DNA of 64,000 bases from an uncultured Chloroflexia bacterium (GCA_963763775.1 CAVXPZ010000001.1:576451-640450), one strand, 5' to 3'. Numbered from the stretch's first letter, positions 28,500-37,063 are shown. Numbers and translations are program-made. The notes: generated by a model not told the origin, from the letters alone.

Positions 28500-29030
28500 A
28501 TGACGGTCCAGGCACTGCGCCGAGGACGCCCCGAGGTGCTGGCCGAACTGCTCGACCGGTACGGCCGGGACATGCAGGCGGTGGCCTACCTCATCGTCCG
28601 TGACCGGGCCGCCGCAGAGGACATCGTGGCCGACAGCCTGCTCGCGGCCCTCGACCACGGTCGGAGTCTCCGTGACGACGATGCCCTGCGACCGTGGTTG
28701 CTCCGGATCGCCACCAACAAGGCGCTTCGATATCGCCAGCGCGCCGCCCACGTCGTCGATCTCCAGGTCGTCGAGGGGACCGTCGCCGAGCCCAGGGGAC
28801 CGACCGCCGACGACTCGTTGGCGCTCTGGCAGGCCGTCCGCGACCTGCCGCCCCGGATGCGTGCCGCGATCGGCCTGCGCTACTACCTCGACCTGCCGGT
28901 CGAGACGGTGGCGGAGGTGCTCGAGGTCAGCCCGAACACCATCAAGACCCAACTGAAGTCGGCCCTCACGCACCTGCGGACGGCCCTCGCCGATGAACCG
29001 ATGCCCGTCGCGGAGGTGCGACATGCCTGA
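28500..29030 (+). CDS. ECF-type RNA polymerase sigma-70 family factor
   Basis: Region 2 is DIVADSLLAAL..LRPWLLRIATNKAL. Region 4 is LPPRMRAAIGLRYYLDLPVETVAEVLEVSPNTIKTQLKSAL. Confidence 0.85.
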   Translation: MTVQALRRGRPEVLAELLDRYGRDMQAVAYLIVRDRAAAEDIVADSLLAALDHGRSLRDDDALRPWLLRIATNKALRYRQRAAHVVDLQVVEGTVAEPRGPTADDSLALWQAVRDLPPRMRAAIGLRYYLDLPVETVAEVLEVSPNTIKTQLKSALTHLRTALADEPMPVAEVRHA

Positions 29031-30545
29031 GCTCGACGACACCGCGTTCGAACGTCGCCTCCGCGGGGTCCTGAAGGAGCACCTGGGAGCGCTGCCGCTC
29101 GACCTCACGGTCGACGCTCTTGATCGCCGCCGGGAGGCCAAGGGGGTTGCCCGACGATCCGGCCGCGGTCGCAGCATGACGCTCCTCGCCGCCGCAGCCC
29201 TGCTCCTCGTCGGTGGGGCGTGGGCGTTGGCGGGCTCCGCCTCCTGCGGATGCCGTCGGTCGTCCCGCCGGTGCCCGAACCATCGGTGATGGCGGTCGCC
29301 ACGGCGTCGCCAGACGCGACGTCCCCGACCCCGAGCGAGTCGGCAACACCTTCCACAAGTCCGATCCCTGTCGCCGGTCCCGGAGGGGTCTGGATCCCGA
29401 CCGGGACGATGGGCACTCCACGCTCCGGCTTCGCCGCGGTGCGACTCATCGACGGCCGGGTGCTCGTTGCGGGCGGCTACAACGGTGACACCCACCTGAC
29501 GTCCGCTGAGTTGTACGACCCGACCAGCGGGACCTGGTCCGCCACCGGGAACATGCTCAAGCCCCATGCTGGTTTCCAAGCCACGCTGCTGCGCGACGGC
29601 AAGGTGCTGGTGGGCGACGTCACCAATGGCGACGCGGATCACCCAAGCTACGGCGCCGAGCTGTACGACCCGAGCACAGGGACCTGGAGTTCTACGGGGA
29701 GCCTCGAAGCCGGAGGTTTGACTCATTCGGCCACGCTGCTGGCCAGCGGTAAGGTTCTGTTGACGCCTGGCTGGCCCTTGACGGGCCACGGGTATGACGA
29801 TCCCGCCCTACTGTACGACCCGGCCAGCGGGACCTTCACCGCCACCGGGCAGATGGTCACGCCCCAAACCAACTACACGGCCACGCTGCTGTCCGATGGC
29901 AGGGTGCTCGTGGTGGGCGGCGAATTCCCGAGCGTCAAGGCGCAGCTGTACGACCCGGACACGGGGTCGTGGACGGCGACCGCGGATATGAACAAGCGCC
30001 TCCAGAGCCATGATGGCGACCGCATCACGGCCACGCTGCTGAGGGATGACACCGTGCTGGTGACGGGCCGAGGGAAATCCGAGCTGTACGACCCGGCCAT
30101 GGGAACCTGGACCGCCACGCGGGAGCAGCCGAAGCGGGACTCGATGACGTTGCCCTCGGTCAGCGACACTGCGACGCTCCTGCTGGATGGCAGTGTGCTA
30201 CTGGCCGGGCCCGATGGCGCCGAGCTGTACGACCCAACCGCCGGGTCCTGGACGCTGATCGGGTCCCCGCTCTACGGCACATCCTCGGCCACGCTGCTCC
30301 TCGATGGCACGGTCCTCGTGACGGACTTCACTTCGCCGGACAGCGACCTAGCTGAGAGCGCAGCGGAGCTGTACGTTCCGGCCGGCGTGGTGCCACCACC
30401 CGCGGTGGTTGCCCTCCCGACCCGGGCACCGACCCCGACAGCGACACCGATCCCGACAGCGACACCGATCCCGAGCCCGTACCCGCCTGCGGACGGACCC
30501 GTGCCAGCCGGGCGCACGATCCTGGGCGGTCACGGTGGTCAATAA
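29023..30545 (+). pseudogene. putative anti-sigma factor: short cytoplasmic N-domain, one TM helix, Kelch-repeat beta-propeller ectodomain; frame-broken as assembled near 29235-29290
   Basis: ATG 29023 overlaps the sigma stop by 8 nt. MPELDDTAFERRLRGVL...MTLLAAAALLLVGGAWALAGS is in frame 1 (stop 29289). Frame 0 continues with a P/S/T linker and 6-7 repeats of AELYDPxxGxWxxTG. Read alone, the Kelch ORF has no signal peptide. Confidence 0.7.
30438..30473. repeat. perfect 18-bp x2 tandem repeat in the Pro/Thr linker
   Basis: acagcgacaccgatcccg occurs at 30438-30455 and 30456-30473. It is in frame and encodes TATPIP twice. Confidence 0.9.
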
Positions 30546-30840
30546 GAGCTCAGAACCCGCGACGCTGTTCTTGGCCGAGGACAACGGGAGCGCCCCCAGC
30601 GGGAACGGCCCGGGACAGCTGTGCGGGTCCGTGACCCCCAACTTCGTGCCAGCCGGCGTCACCAAGAAGGTAACGTTCATGCTCCCGCCGGAGCGGGTGA
30701 CGGACTGCTGGCTCTGGGTGAACCCGGCCCCGGGCACTGGGGGATCGCTATTCCAGACGTCCGATGCCCCCATGCCGGGCAAGATCCTCGTCGGGCCGGG
30801 GGAAGGGGGCAGGCCGCAAGGAGGCTGGCTTGGCCAGTAG
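30535..30840 (+). CDS. beta-rich ~100-aa module: either the C-terminal domain of the Kelch protein (after a second frame break) or a separate small gene
   Basis: The frame reads ...RSWAVTVVNKSSEPATLFLAEDNGS...VTKKVTFMLPPERVTDCWLWVNPAPGTGGSLFQTSD..., directly after the P/T linker of the Kelch ORF. A GTG at 30535 could serve as an independent start. Confidence 0.45.
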   Translation: MVNKSSEPATLFLAEDNGSAPSGNGPGQLCGSVTPNFVPAGVTKKVTFMLPPERVTDCWLWVNPAPGTGGSLFQTSDAPMPGKILVGPGEGGRPQGGWLGQ

Positions 30841-30875
30841 GCGACGAACCTCGCAGAACCATCCTGAGCGGCAAG

Positions 30876-30951
30876 TGGCGCCCCCGGACGGATTCGAACC
30901 GCCGACGCCAGCCTTAGGACGGCTGCGCTCTATCCACTGAGCTACGGGGGC
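30876..30951 (-). tRNA. tRNA-Arg (anticodon CCT)
   Basis: The minus strand reads GCCCCCG-TA-GCTC-AGTGGATA-GAGC-G-CAGCC-GTCCTAA-GGCTG-GCGTC-GGCGG-TTCGAAT-CCGTC-CGGGGGC-G-CCA. It gives a full cloverleaf of 76 nt with an encoded CCA. Confidence 0.9.
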
Positions 30952-31097
30952 GCGGATCGCATCGTACCGCGTGCATCCGATGCCCCAGGGAACCGAACCT
31001 TCCCCAGGGGCGTCACGGCGCCATGGCCGCCGCACCTCCCGCGGCGGCCTGTTGCTGCCGGGCCCGAACGGCACCCTCGCCTACAATCGCGGACGAG

Positions 31098-31376
31098 ATG
31101 GCCGTCACTCCCCTTCCCGACCTGATCCTGTACTCCCGGCCGGCATGCGACCTGTGCAACGAGACACGGGCGATCCTCAAGGCCCTGCTCGCCGAGCGCA
31201 CCGCGTTCGCGATGCCGACCCCGACCCTCGTCGAGCGCGACATCGAGAGCGATCCGGCTTGGGAGCGCGCGTACTTCACCTCGATCCCGGTCGTCGAATT
31301 CGGTGCGCGGCGCCTCGAACTGGCGACCAGTGCCGCGAAGCTCCGGCGTCTCCTGACCGACGTCCTGGACACCTGA
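31098..31376 (+). CDS. glutaredoxin-like protein (DUF836 type)
   Basis: MAVTPLPDLILYSRPACDLCNETRAIL has a CxxC in a thioredoxin-fold context, followed by ...IPVVEF. It lies 4 nt upstream of ccdA. Confidence 0.7.
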   Translation: MAVTPLPDLILYSRPACDLCNETRAILKALLAERTAFAMPTPTLVERDIESDPAWERAYFTSIPVVEFGARRLELATSAAKLRRLLTDVLDT

Positions 31377-31380
31377 CGTC

Positions 31381-32191
31381 GTGGACGGCACGAACCTCAC
31401 GATCCTCGTGGCACTCGTCGCGGGGGTGGTCAGCTTCCTCTCCCCGTGCGTGCTGCCGCTGGTGCCCGCCTACCTCGGGCAGCTGACCGCGATCGCTGTC
31501 GCGGGAGCCGCGCCCGGCGCCGCACCATCGCGCTGGCTGGCGATGCGTCACGCGATCGCCTACGTGGCCGGGTTCGGGGCCGTCTTCACGCTCCTCGGCA
31601 TCACGGCCACGTTCGCGGCCGGGCCGCTCTACGACTACCTCGGGGCGCTTCGCGTCGTCGGGTGGCGTCGTGCTCGTCGTCATGGGCCTGAGCCTCGCGG
31701 GCATCCTGCGCATCTCCGTGCTGGAACGGACCTGGCGCCCGCTCGATGCCGGGGCGTCGGCCTCGCTCGCCACGGCCACCGGCTCGATGTCGCTCGCCGG
31801 CGACCCGTCCGGGCTCGGGGACCGGCTCGGCTCGCGTCTCGTCAGCCACAAGGGCGGCTGGCTCGCCTCGTTCGGCCTCGGGGCGATCTTCGCGGTCGGC
31901 TGGACGCCGTGCATCGGGATCATCCTCGGCGGGATCCTGACGCTGGCCATGACGTCGGGCACGGCGCTGCAGGGCACGATCCTGCTCGTCGCCTACACGA
32001 TCGGCCTCGGGATCCCGTTCCTGCTCATCGCCGCCGTGTACGACCGGGCCCCATCGGTGGTCCGACCGCTCGTCCGCCACGGGCGGACCGTGTCGCTCAT
32101 CGGCGGGCTCCTGGTCGCGCTCATCGGCCTCGCGATGATCTTCGACTGGCTCTCGCTGCTCCCGCGGTTCTTCGACTTCTCGGGCATCTGA
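31381..32191 (+). pseudogene. cytochrome c biogenesis thiol-reductant transporter CcdA, frame-broken as assembled near 31663
   Basis: Frame 1 reads VSFLSPCVLPLVPAYLGQL...GPLYDYLGALRVVG. ORF 31670.. continues with (V)LVVMGLSLAGIL...FAVGWTPCIGIILGGIL. Deleting t31663 restores ...RVVGGVVLVVMGL. Confidence 0.85.
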
Positions 32192-32935
32192 TGACCGAGG
32201 AACCCGCAGGAACGTCCCGAGTTCACGCACCGGCGTGAGCGACACGGTGTCGTCGGCCCGTTCAGCGGCCGGCAGCTCGTCGCGGTCTTCGTGGTCGTCG
32301 TGCTGTCCCTGATCATCCTCATCGGCATCACGACGCCCCTCGGGACGGTCGGCCAGGTCCCGTTGACGGCGCCGCAGGCGACCGCGTTCGTCATCAAGCC
32401 CGCGCCGGCGATCGGCCTGCACCCAGGCGACCTCGCGCCAGAGTTCACCACGACCAACGACGACGGCTCCACGTATCAGCTGGCCGATCTCGACGGGAAC
32501 CCCATCCGCCTCGCGGATCTTCGGGGCAAGGGCGTCTGGGTCAATTTCTGGACGACGTGGTGCCCGCCGTGCCAGTCCGAGGTGCCGGTCCTGCGCGAGC
32601 TGTCCGAGCGCTACAAGGATCAGGGTCTCGAGGTCGTCGGGATCAGCGTCCAGGAGACGCAGCCGTCCGACGTGCAGGCCTATGCCGACCGGTACGGGCT
32701 CGACTACACCATGGGCTTCGACGGCTCCGGCCACATCTTCGACCTGTACAAGGCCAACGCCCTGCCGACCCAGGTCTTCATCGGGCCGGACGGCGTCATC
32801 CGCGACGTGGTCATCAACCCGTTGACCGAGGCACAGGCGATCCCGCGCATCGAGGCGATCCTGCCGGCGCCCGGAGCGAGCCACGGTCCGGCGACGAGCG
32901 GGTCCACCGCTCCGAGCGCCAGTCCCGCACCGTGA
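32191..32935 (+). CDS. TlpA/ResA-family thiol:disulfide oxidoreductase (membrane-anchored thioredoxin fold)
   Basis: WVNFWTTWCPPCQSEVP is the redox motif. The ORF as given starts at GTG 32291. An ATG at 32191 coupled to the ccdA stop (TGATG) opens MTEEPAGTSRVHA in the neighbouring frame, so the N-terminus is probably frame-broken around 32222-32240. Confidence 0.8.
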
Positions 32936-33029
32936 GACACCCCGCGGCGATGTCGCGGACGCCCGGCTCGAGCGTCGATGGGGTGAGACCGGCCACCTGG
33001 GCCGGCGACCCGAAGGAGGATCCGGAGCG

Positions 33030-33398
33030 ATGCGCTACATCCTGATGACCTACCAGGCGCCAGACCACGTCGAGGCTTGGGAGCGCGCGACACCGGCTGA
33101 ACGCCAGGCCGAGATCGATCGCGTGCTGGCGTGGTTTCGCGAGCATGGCGCGGCCGGACGCATCGTCGGCGGCGAGGAGCTCGGTTGGCCGAGGCGCGCG
33201 AAGACCGTGCGCGGCTCCGGGATCACCGACGGACCCTTTCTCGAAACGAAGGAGCTCCTCGGCGGGTTCATCGTGATCGACGTCCCGGACGAGGCGACGG
33301 CGCTGGAGGTCGCGGCCGGCTGGCCGAGCCTCGCGTGGCCTGGCGACGCGGTCGAGGTCCGGCCAGTCGGCGACTCGACGGCCGAGGTCGGCGGCTGA
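33030..33398 (+). CDS. YCII-related (DGPF) domain protein
   Basis: MRYILMTYQ...ITDGPFLETKELLGGFIVIDVPDEATALEVAAGWP is the typical YCII/DGPF signature. Confidence 0.75.
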   Translation: MRYILMTYQAPDHVEAWERATPAERQAEIDRVLAWFREHGAAGRIVGGEELGWPRRAKTVRGSGITDGPFLETKELLGGFIVIDVPDEATALEVAAGWPSLAWPGDAVEVRPVGDSTAEVGG

Positions 33399-33432
33399 AC
33401 GGCCGGATGCCTAGGTCCGCCCCTGCGCCGCG

Positions 33433-34593
33433 CTAGTCGGCTGGGCTGGGCTGCCACTCGGGCTGGAGCCGGACCTGACCGGTCAGGAGGGGCTCGTCAC
33501 GACCGCTCCGGGGATCCAGGACGTGGATCTCGGGCATGCCCGGTCGCACCACCGCATACACGATGGACCCATCTGCCCGGAATCGCGGCTGCACCGGCCG
33601 ATAGCTCGGACTCTTGGAGAAGGTCAGCTGCCGCGGCACGCCGCCGACGCTCGGGATCAGCCACAGATCGGACGGCGCGGCCTCGCCCGGGCCGACCACG
33701 GCGGAGGGGTGGGTCGCGAACACGATCGACCCGCCATCCGGCGACCAATCGGCTTCGCCGGCGACGAGCGACCAGTCGGTCAGCAGACGCGGCTCGCCGC
33801 CATCGATGGCGACCGTCGAGACCGCCGCCCCGGTGACCTTGCCATCGCGATCGACGTGGTTCTCCCAGAACACGAGCTCCCGACCGTCGGGCGACCACCG
33901 AGGGCCGAAGATCTGGTTCGCACCGGTCGTGCCATCGGCCACGCGCTCGACGAGCGTCCGGGCCGGCCCCAGCGAGCCATCCGGTCCGAATGGCGCCACG
34001 ACCAACTGCATCGAGCCGGCATACCCGGCGGCCTCCCAGGCAGGGAAGGTCGAGACGGTGTAGGCGAGCATGGTGCCGTCCGGTGACACCGCAGGATCGT
34101 CCTGCCCGAGGCACGGGATCCGGCATGCCTTGATCAACTGCGAAGGCCCGTCAAGATCGGAGACGTAGAGGTCGCGCTGATCGGTCGCGACGACCAGGCG
34201 ACCGTCGGGTGTCCACGTCGCGTGTCGCATCGTCGCCGCGACGTCCGTGAACAAGGGGCGCTCGTCGGAGCCGTCCGCTCGTGACGCCCGGACGGTCTCG
34301 CCGTCGGCGCAGCTCGGGTCCGCCCCGCAGCCGACGACAAGGATCCAGCCAGCGTCGTCCGATCGACGACCGGCCACGACGAACGCGGCCACGAGCGCGA
34401 GGAGCAGCAGGCCCGCCACGAGCGCCAACCGCACCCAGCGACGGTCGAACCCGAGTCGACCGCGACGACGCGAGGCGATGGCCCGCGCCGCGACGGTCGC
34501 AGAGGGCGTCGGATCCACGACGCCGGCGGCGTATCGCTCGAGCTCCGCTGCCACTCGACGTTCGAAGGTCGAGAAGGTCCGATCAGTCATCAC
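33433..34593 (-). CDS. putative anti-sigma factor: N-domain, one TM helix, TolB-like (PD40/WD40-like) beta-propeller ectodomain
   Basis: The start overlaps the sigma gene by 11 nt. It has TFSTFERRVAAELERY, the TM helix LALVAGLLLLALVAAFVV, and repeated xSPDG blades (AVSPDGTMLAY, RWSPDGRELVF, DWSPDGGSIVF). Confidence 0.7.
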   Translation of the reverse strand: MMTDRTFSTFERRVAAELERYAAGVVDPTPSATVAARAIASRRRGRLGFDRRWVRLALVAGLLLLALVAAFVVAGRRSDDAGWILVVGCGADPSCADGETVRASRADGSDERPLFTDVAATMRHATWTPDGRLVVATDQRDLYVSDLDGPSQLIKACRIPCLGQDDPAVSPDGTMLAYTVSTFPAWEAAGYAGSMQLVVAPFGPDGSLGPARTLVERVADGTTGANQIFGPRWSPDGRELVFWENHVDRDGKVTGAAVSTVAIDGGEPRLLTDWSLVAGEADWSPDGGSIVFATHPSAVVGPGEAAPSDLWLIPSVGGVPRQLTFSKSPSYRPVQPRFRADGSIVYAVVRPGMPEIHVLDPRSGRDEPLLTGQVRLQPEWQPSPAD

Positions 34594-35137
34594 CGAGATC
34601 CTCGCGAAGACGGGTCATGAGCCGCGACAGCCGGGTCCGGACCCCGCCAGCCGATCGCCCGGTGGCCTCGGCGATCTCGTCCGAGCCCAACCCGGCCAGG
34701 TAACGCATCGCGATGAGCGCACGGTCCTCGGGTGCCAATCGCTCGAGCGCGTCGAGCAGATCGGTCCGGTCCGCGCTCGGCGGCGTGGCGATCGGGACCC
34801 CGCCGAAGCTCTCTGGATCGATCGCCGGGACCTCGCGCACGCGGCGACGCCTTCGGGATCGCACCGCCTGACGGGCCTCGTTGCTCACGATCGAGACCAA
34901 CCAGGGACGGAGCTTGTCCGGGTCCCGAAGGGCGCCGATCCGCTGCCACACTTTGATCCACGACGTCTGGGCGGCCTCGCGAGCCAGGTCGGCATCGCCG
35001 CAGATGGCGAAGGCGACCCGGACCAGTTCCGCGTGATGGGCGTCGACGATCAACGTGAACGCGTCGGCATCGCCCCGGCGAGCCCGGGCCACGAGGTCGG
35101 CGGCGATCGGAACGCGGACGCCCAAGCCCAACTCCAT
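34583..35137 (-). CDS. ECF-type RNA polymerase sigma-70 family factor
   Basis: ATG 35137. It has LVARARRGDADAFTLIV, LRPWLVSIVSNEARQ, and region 4 LAPEDRALIAMRYLAGLGSDEIAEATGRSAGGVRTRLSRL. The rest of ORF 34583..35416 is R/P-rich. Confidence 0.8.
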   Translation of the reverse strand: MELGLGVRVPIAADLVARARRGDADAFTLIVDAHHAELVRVAFAICGDADLAREAAQTSWIKVWQRIGALRDPDKLRPWLVSIVSNEARQAVRSRRRRRVREVPAIDPESFGGVPIATPPSADRTDLLDALERLAPEDRALIAMRYLAGLGSDEIAEATGRSAGGVRTRLSRLMTRLREDLGDD

Positions 35138-35265
35138 GCAACGTAGATGCCGGTCGCGGCCGTCGCGCACCATCGTGCCGCACGCGCGTCGTCGCGATGC
35201 GCTGGGCCGGCGAGCGGCATCTCCTTCACGACCGTCCGGATGCGACGGACCCGGAGGATCCATCG

Positions 35266-36207
35266 ATGGCCTCGCACACACCCGGCTTGCGCGCCCTGGC
35301 GACGTCAGTGGTCGCCGTCCTGGCGATCGCGGCCTGCTCCGCCGCGGCCGCCTCCCCGCCGACATCGGACACATCGGCCCCATCTCGACCGTCCGCGGCG
35401 GCGTCCCCGGCGTCATCGGCCCAGGTGTCGACCCTGGGTCCTGTCGCGACCCGTTCGCCCGACCCGGGCGCCATCGTCGGCATCTTCGACATCGGTGGCC
35501 GCTCGCTCCACCTCGCCTGTGTCGGACGTGGCAGCCCCACGATCATCCTCGAGCCTGGTGACGGCGACCCGACGAGCCTGATGAGTCCGCTCCGGGACGC
35601 CCTGTCCTCGGCCTACCGTGTCTGTCTGTATGACCGTGCCGGGAAGACGGGCAGCGATCCGGCAGCGACACCTCGACCCGCCAGACAGCTCGCCGACGAC
35701 CTCGGGCGTCTGCTCGACGTCGCGAAGGTGCCAGGCCCGTTCCTGCCCGTCGGGACATCGCTCGGCGGCACCGCGGCGTACCTGTTCGCGGCCACGCATC
35801 CCGACGACGTGGTCGGGTTCGTGTCGATCAACCCACCGCCGAACCCCGAAGACTGGCTGCCTGCCGTCAAGCCGCTGATCACGGATCGCGAATACGCCGA
35901 CGAGGTGTCCGCCGGCGACGGCACCGGCGACGCCGAGGGCATCGACGAGCGAGGCTGGCTCGACGTCGCGACCCCGCCCGACGACATGCCCTACCTGATC
36001 CTCGACTCCGGTCCCACCCAGTGCGAGGGCGACCAGCTCTGCCTCAAGGTCTACGACGTCATCGTCGACCAGACCAAGGACATCGCCAGCCGTGGTGCGG
36101 CCGGTCGATGGATGCAGGTCGCCGGCTCACACCAACTGCAGCTGTCGAACCCTGACGACGTCCTGCCGCTCATCCGCCAGCTCGCGGACGGTCAGATGGG
36201 CTCGTAG
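35266..36207 (+). CDS. secreted alpha/beta-hydrolase lipoprotein
   Basis: ATG 35266 follows GGAGG (35253-35257). It has the lipobox LAIAAC, a linker, the core PTIILEPGDG, a nucleophile-elbow-like VGTSLGG, and GSHQLQL near the C-terminus. Confidence 0.65.
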   Translation: MASHTPGLRALATSVVAVLAIAACSAAAASPPTSDTSAPSRPSAAASPASSAQVSTLGPVATRSPDPGAIVGIFDIGGRSLHLACVGRGSPTIILEPGDGDPTSLMSPLRDALSSAYRVCLYDRAGKTGSDPAATPRPARQLADDLGRLLDVAKVPGPFLPVGTSLGGTAAYLFAATHPDDVVGFVSINPPPNPEDWLPAVKPLITDREYADEVSAGDGTGDAEGIDERGWLDVATPPDDMPYLILDSGPTQCEGDQLCLKVYDVIVDQTKDIASRGAAGRWMQVAGSHQLQLSNPDDVLPLIRQLADGQMGS

Positions 36208-37058
36208 CGGAAGCGGTCGCGGTCGCGTACCAGGTGGCCGACGGGATGCGTGGCCTCGTGCGAGAGCACGATCAGCCAGCCCTCGTCGGCGGCCTGGGCG
36301 AACAACTCGCCCTTGCGCCGGACCGAGTCCAGCGGGAAATCGTCGAACGCGGTCACCCAGCGCGGGTTCGCCCCCCACGGGCGCATGAACAGGTCGCCGA
36401 AGAACGCGAGCGTCTGCGCGCCTGGACCGGTCCCGCGCACGATGACCGCCTGGTGCCCGGTGGAGTGGCCGCCCGTCGGCACGACGGACACGCCTGGCAG
36501 CAGCTCCTTCTCGCCGTCCGCCCAGCCCTGGGCGCCCCAGTCCGCGACGAGCTGCAACTCCGGCTGCACGTACGAGGCGACGAGCCGGGGGTTGTCACCG
36601 AGGGCGACCTCCCACTCGGCCTTCTGCGCGACGATCGTCGCGTGGGGGAACGCCCGCTCGCCGTCGGCTCGCAGCAGGCCGCCGGCGTGGTCGAAGTGGA
36701 GGTGGCTCATCGCCACGACGTTGACCGACTCGGGCAGGAACCCGGCTTGCTCGAGCGCGGCGACCACCCACGGGCCTTCGTAGGTCCGCATCGCGCGAGT
36801 CTTCTCGTCGACCCGTTCGCCGATGCCCGTCTCGACGAGCACGCGCCCCGACGGTGTCTCGATCAGCAGGCAGTTCAGCGCCTGGAGGAGCCGGCGCTTC
36901 TCGTCGACCTCGTCTGCCACGAGGCCGCCCCACAGGACCCACGGCACGGGGCCGAAGAGCGTCCCGGCGTCCGAGCGGAAGGTGCCGGCCTGGATGAGCG
37001 CGACGCGCGTGCCGCGGCCGAGCTCGTCGGACCAGTCGACCGCGTCGTTGATGGCCAC
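36192..37058 (-). CDS. MBL-fold metallo-hydrolase
   Basis: GTG 37058 lies 6 nt after the dcd stop. It has the HLHFDHAGG metal motif and TGGHSTGH. Its 3' end overlaps the convergent hydrolase gene by 16 nt. Confidence 0.75.
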   Translation of the reverse strand: MAINDAVDWSDELGRGTRVALIQAGTFRSDAGTLFGPVPWVLWGGLVADEVDEKRRLLQALNCLLIETPSGRVLVETGIGERVDEKTRAMRTYEGPWVVAALEQAGFLPESVNVVAMSHLHFDHAGGLLRADGERAFPHATIVAQKAEWEVALGDNPRLVASYVQPELQLVADWGAQGWADGEKELLPGVSVVPTGGHSTGHQAVIVRGTGPGAQTLAFFGDLFMRPWGANPRWVTAFDDFPLDSVRRKGELFAQAADEGWLIVLSHEATHPVGHLVRDRDRFRYEPI

Positions 37059-37063
37059 CCGGC

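Noticed and set aside
30409-30534. N-terminal part of ORF 30409..30840 (MPSRPGHRPRQRHRSRQ...) as real coding sequence
   Set aside because: It is R-rich nonsense overlapping the Kelch ORF linker in another frame. Only the part from about 30520 onward looks protein-like.
24194-30951. Genomic island integrated at tRNA-Arg
   Set aside because: There is no integrase, recombinase or mobility gene, and I could not find a direct repeat of the tRNA 3' end. High-GC genes (XDH, sigma) are interspersed. Only a compositional observation is reported.
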